NCBI GenBank assembly: GCA_965603825.1
Contig: CBFDEM010000003.1
Coordinates: 1 to 64,000, forward strand
Direction: 5' to 3'
Length of the DNA stretch: 64,000 nucleotides
DNA from: Blepharisma stoltei ATCC 30299
Lineage: Eukaryota > Protista > Ciliophora
The position numbers were made by a program, and so were the translations under genes. The notes under the pieces were generated by a model. The model worked only from the letters and a program-made list of their open reading frames with translations. It was not told where the DNA came from and ran no database searches. Below, in pieces: positions 49,345 to 62,159 of the stretch (position 1 is the first letter of the stretch; every line of letters starts with the position of its first letter).

Positions 49345-50205
49345 TTAGATTAAAACAACTGCATCTACACTCTTACTAGGAGCACACTGTACCAATCTAT
49401 TTTCATTTACATCAAAATAATACGCCATTTTCATCTGTGACACCAGCAATCTTTCAGGAAATCTTCTTCCTTCAGTGATCTTTAAAAGTGTCCCAGACTC
49501 ATTACAAAAAACGCCAAAATCTTTTTCATCATTTTCTCTGAATGCGATAATTAATTTTTTATCCCATTCTTCTTTATGAATTTCCTTTACAATCTGAAGC
49601 CTAAATTTATACCTTTTGATCTCTATTTCATTTTTTCGTGAGTTCAAGATTTCAAGCATTTTTTGTTTTACACCAACCCTTTTGTTGTTATTGTGACATA
49701 ATAAAAATTCTTGTGAAGCCTTGATTATTGCCATTTCATTAGCTAATTCATTGCATGAGTCGTTTGGAGTATTTTTCGAAGGACTGTCTAAGTTCAAGCT
49801 TGAAATTCTTTTGATTTCTCGGAATTCTTCTTCAGAAGCTGTGGATTCATAAGTGTCGGGCTGGTCTGGGCTTAATTTTAAAACTTCTGCGCATTTAGAG
49901 AACCCTTTATGAGGATTTATTTTATTAGCTGAAGCTATGTTGAGGTTTCAATTATTCTTGGGAGATGGGGAATTAAATTCGCAGACTATAGAATTTATTC
50001 CACTTATTGTACGCTTGTGTCGAGGTTTGGAAGTAAAAGTTTGGAATGCAAAATTTGGCTGAAATGAGGAATTTTGAGAACTATCTGTTGAAAAGAGTTT
50101 TAGTTTCGGGATTTGTTTTTCTGAGACACAGGTCGAATTTAAAGATTTCGGAAGCTTAGAAGGATTCGAGTTTGAGTAGCGATGATATGGAGTTTTGGAT
50201 GACAT
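49345..50205 (-). CDS. Protein with C-terminal CKK (CAMSAP/Patronin-type) domain, ~286 aa
   Basis: LIIAFRE...FPERLLVSQMKMAYYFDVNENRLVQC..KSVDAVVL resembles the CKK consensus; joined at TGA 49948. Confidence 0.65.
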
Positions 50206-50381
50206 ATTTTTGTATGAAAACAGATAGATTAGTGGGTATTGTCTATATGATGATGTGGTACAAAAAAAGTTATTTTATCATAAAAAATTATAAATGATAA
50301 ATATAGAAGCTAATAATATACAAAAATAAATCATTCATAAATAACGAAAATAATTAAATTATAATAAGTTATTGATAATAA

Positions 50382-52682
50382 ATGGATATTCAAGCTGAGA
50401 CTTATTCAACAATACTACCTTCAATTGATTCTTTTAATAACACACTATCTACTTATCAACTTAAAGCAGGTTTAAATTACCGGGGGTTAAACACCGTAGT
50501 TTCATTTTCTCAAAATTATTTACAACTCTTTTTTGATCCTTTATTTTTATTTCCTACTTTAAAAAGCACAAAAGATATCTTGGCTGAGTCTCACTCCACA
50601 GTTAAAGCAAATAAGCTTATTTTTACTTATGAAATTGATATAAACAAATCTTTGCAATTATTAGCCCAAACAAGTCCATTTAATCAACCAAATTCTCAAA
50701 GCAATTCAAAAAGCAGAGTAACTTTTATTCAGATTGAAGAAGTCCCTCTAAACTCATTTGAGCAAGGATCTCAAATAAGTATTCTCACACATTCAAATAT
50801 TTTAAATATATCTGGGCTAAATAATCAATTTATTGAAAATGGCTCATTATCAAGTCAATGCGGGTCATCAAGTGATGGGAAAAGATTAGTAGACACAGAA
50901 ACTTTTGATAAAGATCTGATTGAACAAATCCAAAAAGATTTCCAGGAAAATAGTGAAATTGATGAAAAAAATATTGAAATTTCGCTGAAAAGCTCGTTTA
51001 CATCATTATTAGGAAAATCGATTACAAATACAAATGCGAGAGCATCACTGTTGAATATGAGACTATCAGCAGTTATTAATCAAGAAATTTCAGCTATAGA
51101 AGATGGGTCATTTAGAGGTGGGTTTGGGGATAGCGAAATTGAATGGGACCCAAGAGGGTCTTGCCCATTTAGAAAAGCAAGTGAATTTTCTTTGTTTAGG
51201 AAATTAAGTTCAAGCTCACAGATAACTGAGGAGGAGAAGCACGATTCTGATGAATCTTGCATTTTCTTGCCAGATGAAGGTAAAGCTCAAACAATAAAAT
51301 TTTATGCAGACGACTCAGCTTCTAAAAATATTCTCAAAAAAATTCACACTAGACCCTCTATAATAAAACTTGAGCCAAAACAACTTGAATCCCCTCCAAT
51401 CTCTATCTCAGAGTACATAGAAACCATTGAAACAGAGCCCAGCATTAAATGGCCCGATCCATATTTTCCTATTTTAAAAAAAGCTTTAATTTGCTCTTCA
51501 CAAGATATTTCTTTTAGCGAAGAACAAACAGAAATCCCAAACACCTTAGAAATCATTTCTTCAGTTTGTTTTTGTGGCTTCAATTCTGCTTTAAGCTTAG
51601 AATTTTCTGATGTCGAAGATTACAACAAAGCTTCAGCTGACCAAAAATTAAAAACTCACAGCCGGCCTTTATTATTTTCTGAAAAAATTGTCAAAAGTAT
51701 AGCGGTATCTGAAGTCTGTTGAATTTCTTGTGGATTTGAGCACTGTGCACTAGTAACAACCTCAGGAAAAGTTATGACGTGAGGATATGGGGCTTCTGGT
51801 TGTTTAGGACAAGGGAACACGAAATCTTATTCTTTTCCTAAATTGGTCAGAGACTTGTCTAATGAGTGTATTGTATATGTGGATTGTGGAGGGTATCATA
51901 CTGTAGCTTTAACTGATAATGGTGACGTCTACACATGAGGAAGAGGAGACGCAAATCAGCTAGGAATTCCTACAGAGGAGCTTTATAAAGATGAGCTAGG
52001 CCACGCTTCACTTAGACCTGCTAAGCTGCAATATTTTACTGACCAAGATATTTTTATAAAATCAGCTGCCTGTGGAGAAGCCCACACTTTATTATTAGAT
52101 ACCTTAGGATGCATATATGCATTTGGCTGAGCTGAAGATGGCCAATTAGGAATTTCTGCAGAAAATGTCACAAGTGATTATATGAGTAAAGAAATTTCGC
52201 AGGTAACCAGCTTAAGTGGAATTGTGGTCTCACAAATTTCTGCTGGGGCAAATTTTTCTGCATGTTTGACAGAGGGTGGAAAAGTCTATGTATGGGGAAG
52301 TGGGGAGAATGGTCAGCTTGGCACTGAAAATTTTGAGAATTTGAAGCAAAAAACACCTATTTTGGTAGAAAAATTGAAGGATGAGTTCATAGTAAGTATT
52401 GATTGTGGGGAAAATCATATGATCTGTATGAGCCAGGATAATAAGATTTTTGGCTGGGGGTTGGGGAAGGCAGGGGTTTTTGTTAATTCTGAAGAAGGGT
52501 TTACACCTGGGTCAGATTTAATATGCCATGTCCCTAAAATTGTGCCAAGCTTGGAGAATACTCAATTTTTTGTAGTAAAATCAGGTAAAGAAGCAGAAAA
52601 ATTATCCCCCCAGAATGAAGATTACAATAATTTAGCCTTAGCACTTACAGAGAAATTGAGGCAGTTACAAGATTATGATTAA
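50382..52682 (+). CDS. RCC1-repeat protein (~766 aa)
   Basis: SCGFEHCALVTTSGKVMT(W)GYG, CGGYHTVAL..VYT(W)GRG, GKVYVWGSGENGQLG; conserved Trp encoded by TGA. Confidence 0.88.
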
Positions 52683-52725
52683 TTGATAATAAATAGAAAA
52701 ATAATTTTAAATAAGCTTTAATTAA

Positions 52726-53907
52726 TTATCTATTATTGATAACGATACTTCCATAGCTAGCTAATGACTTTTCACTGCTATTTTTAATCATAGGTCTCTC
52801 CTCAACTCCAAAGAATTTTGCTGCTGATTCTTTAAAATCCGACTGATAAATCAAAGGGTTCGCATTCCCTGTGATAGGAAAGCTTGCAACTACTTTCGGG
52901 CTGCTTTTTGTATATTTTGGCTGCTGAAAAGCAGGGTGGTCAGCCAAATCTACAGCAATTCTAGCTTTATTTTTAAAAGCTGGAAGATATGGGTTTTCAG
53001 GCCGCTTTATTATTTGGACTGAAGGGCTGCCGTTTCCGAAGAGAAAAGGGGCTGTGTCTTGTAAAGCACCTGTTATGGGGTTATAAAATATTGTCCTAGG
53101 TCTTTTTTTAGTATACATAGGATTTCCATTTGATGTCACTGAGTCATAAAATGACATAGCATTTGTAAACCCTTCCCCTTGTCCCTGATTATTTGAATAA
53201 TTCGTTGCTGGTGGCATTTCTGGCGGCATCTGGACATTGCTTTTCATATCAATAATCTCTTCTTGCTTTATATGCTGCCTAATCCCTGCCTGCATTTCTA
53301 AATGTTCCCTATACTCTTTCGCCTTCTGATATTTTTCAATTCTTGATTGCAGCTCTTCAGCTCTTCTCCTTTGCAAATCTTCCAGCCTTGAAATTAATTC
53401 TTGTTCCCTTACAACAGTTTCCATTTGCTTTGACTTTTCTTTTTGTGATAATTGATAATCCAGCGACTGGACTTGTTCTTTCTTTTTTTCTTGAAATTGA
53501 TACTTATCATACATGCCTTTGTTGATTCTATTGTATATTTCTAGTGAGTTCTGCTTATTATCAGCTGGTCTTGGAGATTGGTTTATCCGTTGATAAAGCT
53601 GCAATTCTTCATTTTTTTGCCGAAGTTTTTCTTGTAGTTCGTATAATTCTTTAGTGTAATCTTGGGCTTTGGATGAAGGAGGTTGAGAAGGAGATGGGAC
53701 TATTTCAGGATTGGCTTGGATTTGTGCAGGAGGAGTTTTTGGTTTGTAGTAGGCTTGAGGTTTTTCATATCGCTCTGGGGAAATGTGAGTGGGATTATAA
53801 GTTTCTTGGTTTTTGTTAATGCCGTAGAGTTTGCGGCCGATTCGAAAATCACCGTTATAGTTGGTTTCTGGGTAAAGCTGAGGCTGAAAAAGCGGCCTTC
53901 CTTGCAT
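52726..53907 (-). CDS. Hypothetical coiled-coil protein (393 aa)
   Basis: Long ORF; KEYREHLEMQ-type coiled coil and two PITG motifs. Confidence 0.75.
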   Translation of the reverse strand: MQGRPLFQPQLYPETNYNGDFRIGRKLYGINKNQETYNPTHISPERYEKPQAYYKPKTPPAQIQANPEIVPSPSQPPSSKAQDYTKELYELQEKLRQKNEELQLYQRINQSPRPADNKQNSLEIYNRINKGMYDKYQFQEKKKEQVQSLDYQLSQKEKSKQMETVVREQELISRLEDLQRRRAEELQSRIEKYQKAKEYREHLEMQAGIRQHIKQEEIIDMKSNVQMPPEMPPATNYSNNQGQGEGFTNAMSFYDSVTSNGNPMYTKKRPRTIFYNPITGALQDTAPFLFGNGSPSVQIIKRPENPYLPAFKNKARIAVDLADHPAFQQPKYTKSSPKVVASFPITGNANPLIYQSDFKESAAKFFGVEERPMIKNSSEKSLASYGSIVINNR

Positions 53908-54357
53908 TTTGATTTAAATTATAAGAAACTGACAAAATTTACACGTTTTAATTAGAGGGATTTTATAAATATTTATCAATTTTTTCTAGGTAATGAACTA
54001 TTTTGGTGCCAATTTTGCAAGAAAAATTTTAAAATAAATAAGCATTAATACAAACACTCCTATTTTTTGAGTTTAGAAAAAGCTTATTGCTAATGCTGGC
54101 ACAATTGCACCTAAAACTGAGTGTTTATTCCTGGCATTCTTTCTTTAATGACTTTCAGCTAAGATAATTGATGAATTTAGTTGGCGTTTTAGCTTGAAGT
54201 TAATTATTATTTTTATAGGAGCCAAATAGAGACCAAAAAATTATTATTAGCTTTGCCATTATATAAAAAATGGCGAAAGATATGAATATGATCTTAAAAT
54301 TAGATCAATAATCTCTATAAATAAAAATCGAAGCATAATATGTTTATCAATAAATCC

Positions 54358-55725
54358 TTATTCTATATCATCTATATCTTCTTCATCACTTTCTTCTTTT
54401 TCTCGAAAACAAAATTCTTTAAGGTTACTCACAATTCTTTTCCCATCTAATACCACAAAACTAGCTGCTTTAGGCACTTTATCAAATTTAATTACAGCTG
54501 AACTCTCTTCATACTCTATTTTACTGTATTCTGCATCAAATGCGTCAGGAATTTTATCGCAAGCTACCTGAAGACGATCAAACTCCATTGTTTTACTCAT
54601 GCTAATAAAATTAACCTTGTAAGAATTTTCTTCTATCATTTCTACATTACCAATAACTATTGGGTTTATTGTATAAGCATCAGAAATTATTTTTCCTTCA
54701 GTCTGAGCTATAAGATGTTTATAAAATACTTCAGTTTCTGGCATATTGATTTTTATGATTTTTTTGATTTTTGAATGTGGCTCAATAAGAGAAAATTCAC
54801 AGATTTTGCTTTGAGTTTCGATGCATCATATTTCAACTTGGCAGTAATAGTTTGAGGTAGTGTTGTTAAGCTTGAGCTCTCAGTCATCATTATCTTGCAA
54901 AGTTAAACATGAGATTAAATTAAATGGATAATGATTTTCTGGCATTTGAGGATATAGTAGCTCTGCGGTATTTTTAATTTTTTCAATATTGGTTTTGAGA
55001 GTATTAAACTGTGTTTTTATGTTTAAAACTTTTGTGGACAATTTTTTAATATTTTCTTTTCCTTCTTTAGTAGCTTTTTTCCTTTTTATAAGATGCTTTG
55101 AAAGCGCTTTTGCTTTATCGACAATTTGATTAATTTCATTTCTAAAGCTCTCTAAAATTTCGATCAATTCTTGGGAATTTTCTTTTAAAACATTCATCAG
55201 CCCATTTTTTATCCCACAAAGCAGCAGTTCTTGAGATCTGTGTGAGTCTTCTTCTTTTGCTTCTAGCTTTACCTTTTTTATGAAAGTGTACGTACAAATT
55301 TTTGCTGATTTATATTCATGCTGAAGTATAAGTTCATTTTCAGAAAAATGAGTTTCTACAAATTTCCATTCTATGAAAAGAAAAATGTGCTTATAGTAAT
55401 AAGTCAATTTCTCGAAGTCTAGCCACGGTTTTCCTTGTAATTTTGCATAAAAATAATTATTAAGCATCTCTGAGTTATAAAATTTTTGACGAATTTTAGA
55501 ATTTTCAGGATTTTCAGTCAAGATTTCACTATGAAATACAGGCAATTGTGAGACTTCTTGAAAGCGTAAAGCAGATAAAATTATGCTAGGTACTGAAGAA
55601 CATATGATAATACCATTATTTTGTAAATTTTTATTAGGTGAAGTCAGTTTAGTTGCAATTGATGCTGTAATATCAGGGGTAATATTTTTCTTGATCGCTG
55701 CAATAAAAATCTTTGAGTTTTCCAT
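54358..55725 (-). CDS. Hypothetical protein (~455 aa), coiled coil + beta-rich C-terminus
   Basis: Two ORFs joined in frame through two TGA; ends TAA. Confidence 0.7.
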
Positions 55726-57769
55726 TGTAAATTTTTATACGAGTCTACAAATCTGCAAAGAAAAATGAAGATTGCTGCAAAATTCGCAGTTTTGGTTTTT
55801 GTAAATTGAAAATTATTTTATTAAAATTATCTCTAATTGGTTTAAATATTTTTGGATTTTAATTGTAAAGATGTAAATATTTTTTGCTTTCTAATATCAT
55901 TGAGAAAATTCTAATAATTATAGAACAAATGGAAAGTTTTTTAGGACTTCTAAGTCTCTGGATTTTTTTCAGTTTAACTTTTGCAGCAAGTTTGCAAGTC
56001 ATTAAAGCTCAAAATTTTGGAAGTTCTTCAAGCTATCTGTCTTCAAATTCCATAACTTTTCCAGCTGACAGTACAGGTTCAAGTTATTACTATTCCAGTA
56101 TTTCTACTTCATCAGCAATATTACACACAAAAGACAAGGCTCTTTATCAAACTGGCTTATGAGTGGCTTTAGATTCCCATTATAAATTCAGTGTAAACTT
56201 AGCTGATGGAAATTATATTCTTATATTAAGATTTGCCGAAATCCAATACGATTCTGCCACTTCCAGAGTATTTTCCATGAATTTTTGCGGTCAGTCTCTA
56301 TTTGAGTATCTCGATATTTATCAGTTAACAGGAGGCAAAAACATCGCTGTCGACTTTTTTTACGAGTTCAGCGTATCAAAAAATATAGTAAATTACCAAT
56401 CCTCTAATTACGATCTCACTAAAAATAAAGGACAGCTTGATTTTGAGATTATTTCAGTAATCGATAAAGGCATAATTAATGCTTTACAAATTATCAAAGG
56501 AAGCTGCGACGAAACAAGAATTTGTAATAATTGTTATGATCCTTTATGTAATAAGTGCGATTATACCACAGGGATTTGTGAAGAATGCATATATAATGCG
56601 GAGCTTAATGATAAAAATTATTGTGCATGTCCAAGTAAAGCAGATGATGGATCAATTGTAGCAATTTTAAGTGCCCCAAAGCAAGCTTGCAGCGCTTGTG
56701 TGGTAAAATTGGATGGGACTGGATCAATTGGGAGTGGAGGCTTGACTTATGCATGGATTGCTGATGGTTTAACAAAATGAACAGATCCTGTATTTTATTA
56801 TACTGTCCCAGATGTATCAGTTCAGACTACGACAAATGTGACTTTAAAGGTTACTGACTCATGCGGATTTCAGAATTCTACTTCGTGGACGATTTCTATT
56901 GTGAAAGAGTCTGTTATTGTCGATATAAAGGAGTATGATTTGTCATATGATACCAGTAAATACTCAAGCTTCTCTGCAGACTCCTTAACTGTAGACAATG
57001 GCAATGTCCAGAAATATGAATGATCTGTCACACCCCTTGTAAAAGGTTTAAACAATCCTAATCAGAAAGATATTTCTATTCAATTCCCAACCTCTGATGT
57101 ATATAGTCTTTCTTTAACAGTTTTTATGGATAATGGCAAATATGGGGCTGACGTTGCCACAATTAGTGTAATGCCAGAGGCTCCAACAATTTTTGTGACA
57201 GGTGTTAACTCTACTTATAATAATTTTACTACAGTAACATTTAATGCTACTTTTTTATATCAGAATGGAACTTATAACAAAAATTATGCCATTGACTACC
57301 AGGCAAGCTATGGATGCCCGAAGGGAGCAACTTTTCGTAAGGTTGACAATGGGGATTTTGTATTTAAAAGCTATGGTGAAGTCAAAGATTATTATACCTG
57401 CTATTTTTATGTAACAGCTGAAATTTATTCTGGATTTAATGCCTCAACTTTGTGCTATTTAAATATAACATCTACACCAGTCCCAGAAGTCTACGTCAGT
57501 TATTCTAAGTCATACTTCGACTGATCCGCACCTATAAGATTTATGGCAAACATTCCAGACCAAACAAATCTTGTGTTTCAGTGAGAACAAACTGACAATA
57601 ACACCAAAATTGATCCAGCTATTCTCACTACCCCTACAAACCAGTCTTCTTATACCATTCCAGAACGTTGCCTTGAGCCTCAAAAAGAGTATGAATTCAC
57701 AATTCATGTAAGAAATACAAAAACAAATGCCACAGCAGACGTTTCTACTAGAAGATGGGTTAATAGTCC
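55414..57769. repeat. Segmental duplication, copy 1
   Basis: Highly similar to 61574-64000; constant 6231-bp offset within the CDS. Confidence 0.95.
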
Positions 57770-60614
57770 TCCAAGGTATGGCACGTTTACAGTTACTCCA
57801 ACTTCAGGGACTGTTTTAGAGACTCCTTTTAGTGCAGTTTTCCAAGGATTTGTGGATCCAGAAAAAAACTTGCCTATTTCTTATCAAATTTTTCAAGTCC
57901 AAAGCAATGGGAAAACAGTTGCTATTACACCAAAAACAAGCAGCAATAATTTCAATATTACAATTGGAGAAAGCAGCGGAAAAGTTCCTTTAATTGGCAG
58001 AGTTTATGATAGCTTAGGAACTTTTACAGAGCTCAGCTTTAATATAACAGTTAATCCTAGTTCTGTTGGTTCAACTGACCAAGCCAAAAGCCTATTAAAT
58101 AATGGAGCAAATATGGACCAAACCTTATACATATCTAGCATTGTCGCAATATCCCAATATACATTCCAAAACCCAACCAGTGGAACAAGCACAGAAAGTG
58201 TGGTCAGCACTTTATTGCAAGCGCTAAATAATTGATCTGACAGTAAAGAAATGACTGATATTGACGTAAGCACAACTTTTGACGTTATCAGCGTCTTTCT
58301 CAATGAAAGTTCTAGCTATGGTGAAGAATTAATACAAAATATTAGTAAAAGCTTAGATAATGCCTTAAGCAAAGCAGACACTCTGGATGATAACACTTAT
58401 AAGGTGTTTATTAAACAAGTGGATGTTGTTTCTGGAAGATCTAGCCAGATTTTGAGCAATGGGGAGAGCAAAAGTAATAATGCTACTTATGCTGATATAT
58501 GGACAAAAGTCACGAGCTCATTCAGTCTGTCATCTGAAAAATACCAAAAAAAGACCAACCCTAATGAACCTATTATACAAATCCCAGGAGACACTTTTAG
58601 CGTAACTCTGGAATCTAGGGATTATAATACAGTTAAAAATGTGAATTATTGAAACACTAACTTATCTAATTGCACAGTTGCTTTTGAAACAGATGTAGCC
58701 CAGGATTCTGGAAATATCGTGTATCATATTCCCATTATAACCACAAGCAATTTTGGTAACGTTTCTGCTAGTCTACCAACCAAATTTACCCAAATTCTTC
58801 CAAATAGCAACACTTGTGAAATGGATGGTCTTGACCTAAATTGTATCTCCTCTAGCATAAATCAAACTTTTGCTTATAACATCTCTGAAGAAACATTTTA
58901 TGTGCAGCCTAATATTAGCAAAATCGATAAAGGAGAACTAAAGCCAGCAACTCAGATAGTAAATATCAGCTCAGTAAGTGTTGTTTTTCCAAGCCCTACG
59001 TCTGGTTCTGCCTCAGATTTAAATTGTTTTATATTAGATAGCGAAACAGAAGTTTTTGGAAGCTCTCATTGCGAAACAATTCCTGATGGGAACACTGTGA
59101 CATGCAAATGTAACTTTAATGGCTTAATTGCACCATTTCTATCCCCAGATGTAAGCTCAGTCATGAAATATGTTGTAGACAAGTTTGATCCAGAAATATA
59201 CAATGAAATGACACTGATTCCAATAGCGATTTTTAGCTTATTAACAATTATTTATGTGCTTTTATTTAGAGATATGAGAAAACTTGACAGGCTTACTGGA
59301 AAATTCTTAAAAGCTAAAAGTAGATTTATTATAAAATCTATTAAAAGATCAATTGAAAGTGTCGTTTGGGACACAAATTTTAATACAATTAAAAAAATTA
59401 AAAAAGACTTGGAAAGAATGAAGACAGCAATCATTCAAAATTTAGAAAATTTTGACACAAGACCAATTGAGGATAGAGATTTTGTTAATTTTTTATTGAC
59501 GAAAGATAGGATTATTAAGCATTCAAAAGAAGCACTATTTAACATTCATATGAATGAAATTAGGCCTATAATTGAAAATCTGGAAGACGAAAATCAGGAG
59601 TTTCAAGAATTAATGGCAAAAATAAAACCCAGAAAAAAATATTTTGCAAGGCTTGTCTCTATTTTTAAAACCGACCCAAATGAAGCTAGAATTTTTAAAC
59701 TTATTGAAGAAAATATTAATCAAGGAACTAAAATAGATAAAAAGATGAAAAAGAGGATCATCGAAGACATAAAAAATGACTCTAGAAATGATAATTATGG
59801 GAATGCAGTAGTAGTTATTGACTTAGAGCTGGATTCAAATGAAGATATTTTTATAAGCATTGACTCACAAAAAAGCTTATTTAATTACGACATAAATTCT
59901 TATGGGTTCTTTATAAAATTTTTGGAAAAAAATATGAAAAATAACTACAAGCCTGAGAAATCGTTTATTTACTATTTTCTCCAAAACAGCTTGGTTTTTG
60001 GATTAATTAGCTTTACAGATTTAAATTTTACGAGGACAGCGAGACTTACTTTATTAATGATAAATATTTTCCTTTGCTGCTGGATTACAATACTATTTTT
60101 TGGAGCTCAAACGTATTTTTATAGTGATGTCTCTATCCTTAACTTTTCTCAAGTTCAACTAGTTTTATATGCATTTACGCTCGTAATTAATCAAGCTGTT
60201 CTTATGGCTGGGCAATTTTTGCCTAGCAATTATCTTTATAAAGAGTATTTAAAGGAAGAAAAAAAATATTCAAATAAATTATCCAAGGCATCTTTTGGTG
60301 TGTGCTGGCTTTTTATGATAGGAATGTTTGTTTCTTCATGCATTAATGCAGGAAATTTAGACTATGACCAGCAGGTAAGTTTAATTCAAACCATTTTTAT
60401 TAGCATGCTTACAACAGTTATTTTTATGGGAGTGATAAAGCCAGCATTAATTGCATTACATGAAACCATTGGAATTCAAATTCTTATTAAGAGATGGCTA
60501 TTAGCATGCTATGCAGCGTTCAAGAGAATTTTTTGTTGCAAAAGGAGAGAAAATGCTTTAATACATCCAGTAAATGAAGACTTAATCAGAGATGCTGCAG
60601 AAGAACAAATCTAG
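55929..60614 (+). CDS. Malectin / Cys-rich / PKD-REJ / GPS-like multi-TM receptor (polycystin-1-like), ~1561 aa
   Basis: Signal peptide; malectin LRFAEI..RVF..LDIY; CxxC repeat; VKLDGTGS..LTYAW; REJ-like NSPPRYGTFTVTPTSG..F..FVDPEKNLPISY; GPS-like VTCKC; FTRTARLTLL TM block. Single frame with TGA=Trp. Confidence 0.8.
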
Positions 60615-60972
60615 CATTAATAATATAATTCTATAATAGCCAATGTGTTTGATAGTCATTGATTTGATTTTAATTAAAAGATTTGCAATATTATTCTCTT
60701 ATTTTGGTCAGCCTAAGGCAGTTAGCTTATAAATATTTTATATGAAATAGATTCACAAAGCATTAATTAAAATGTGACTCCTTGTAAAATCTATCATTAA
60801 TAATTTTTTTAAAATAATCTTGCAATTTTAGCACACATTATTTATTCAAAAACTCATAAAATTATTTAATTCATTCTAAGCAAAATGGAACAAAACAAAA
60901 CTTTATAATATTTATCTTATGTATAGCCTTGAAGACTAAGTAGAATTCATTCTATAAAATCTTGTAAATTAT

Positions 60973-61573
60973 ATGAAAATCATTTTGTTTTTTCTCTTTC
61001 TTTTACATTTGCTTCAATGCTTAGCTTTTATGAATCAAGTCAACAAATTTCCAGAGATTTCGCATTGAAGAATTTTCGACCAAGCCAAGCTTCAAAACTT
61101 GCCAAATGCAAAAGTGCAGTGACCTACCCAAGGCTTCTCCAGCAGAACTCTTGCTTATCATATGACTCATCAGGTAGCTGCATATTATGCTCTGAAGAAA
61201 TAGCCATTCAAGCCAATATTACACGCTCAAAATCTTATAACAGCACAAATACTCAGTGTAATAGTTGCAATAACGAGATAAATTCAAACGTGACCATTTC
61301 TTCTTCTTCTTGCAAACAATGCAATGAACAAATCAGCGTAAAAGGGACGATTCATAGAAAACAAATACAGCATGCTGCTATAAGGATTATAATAATGACG
61401 CCACAATAAATTTTACAATAAATCCATCATGCAATCAATGTGAAAACAATTCAACAATAAATGGAATTTGCTGTAATGGACAGTTTTATAATAATAGAAC
61501 AAAAATTGTGAATCATGCCCAAACGAGTGTCCAAATTGCAATAGTACGACTGGAGAATGTATAAAAAATTCCT
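60973..61573 (+). pseudogene. Frameshifted, truncated secreted Cys-rich (furin-like repeat) gene
   Basis: Signal peptide MKIILFFLFLLHLLQCLA; CxxC blocks (CILC, CNSC, CKQC, CNQC, CESCPNECPNC) scattered over different frames; cut at the duplication junction. Confidence 0.6.
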
Positions 61574-61884
61574 GAAGTCTAGCCATGGTTTCCCTTGTAA
61601 TTTTGCATAAAAATAATTATTAACCATGTCTGAATTATAAAATTTTTGACGAATTTTCACAATTGCCTGTATTTCATAGTGAAATCTTGGCTGAAAATCT
61701 GATTATTCTAGATTTCTTGAAAGCGTAAAGCAGATAAAATTATGCTGGATATTGAAGAATAGATGATAATACCATTATTTTGTAAATTTTTATTCGGTGA
61801 AATCAGTTTAGTTGCAATTGATGCTGTAATATCAGGGGTAATATTTTTCTTGATCGCTGCAATAAAAATCTTTGAGTTTTTCAT
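61574..61884 (-). pseudogene. 5'-fragment copy of gene 54358-55725, disrupted by inversion
   Basis: MKNSKIFIAAIKK... matches the intact copy; TAG at 61708-61710 at the inversion edge; the 3' three-quarters is missing. Confidence 0.85.
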
Positions 61885-62072
61885 AGCTAAATTTTTATAC
61901 GAGTCTACAAATCCACAAAGAAAAATGAAGATTGCTGCAAAATTCGCAATTTTAGTTTTGTAAATTGTAAATTATTTTATTAAAATTATGTAGAATTGAT
62001 TTAAATATTTTTGGACTCTTAATTGCAAAAATTTAATATTTTTGCTTCTAAAATCATTGAGAAAAATTCAAA

Positions 62073-62145
62073 TACTGTTTTTTATTAAATAATCATTATA
62101 GGTATTTTATTAAATTATTTGGCTTAGAATTATGATAATACAGTA
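62073..62145. mobile_element. 73-bp TA-bounded IES/MITE-like insertion with short terminal inverted repeats
   Basis: Absent from the paralogous site (~55914); TACTGT...ACAGTA followed by a second TA. Confidence 0.6.
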
Positions 62146-62159
62146 TAATTATAGAACAA

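Noticed and set aside
6558-50205. Functional cluster of microtubule genes (katanin, SAS-4-like, CKK, MTBD-like) or ubiquitin genes (OTU, RING, RBR, F-box, Kelch)
   Set aside because: Interspersed with unrelated genes, and both classes are abundant in ciliate genomes; no enrichment can be shown from one window.
61451-61660. 69-aa minus-strand ORF as a new chimeric gene
   Set aside because: GTG start created by the inversion; it reads across the duplication junction into antisense pseudogene sequence.
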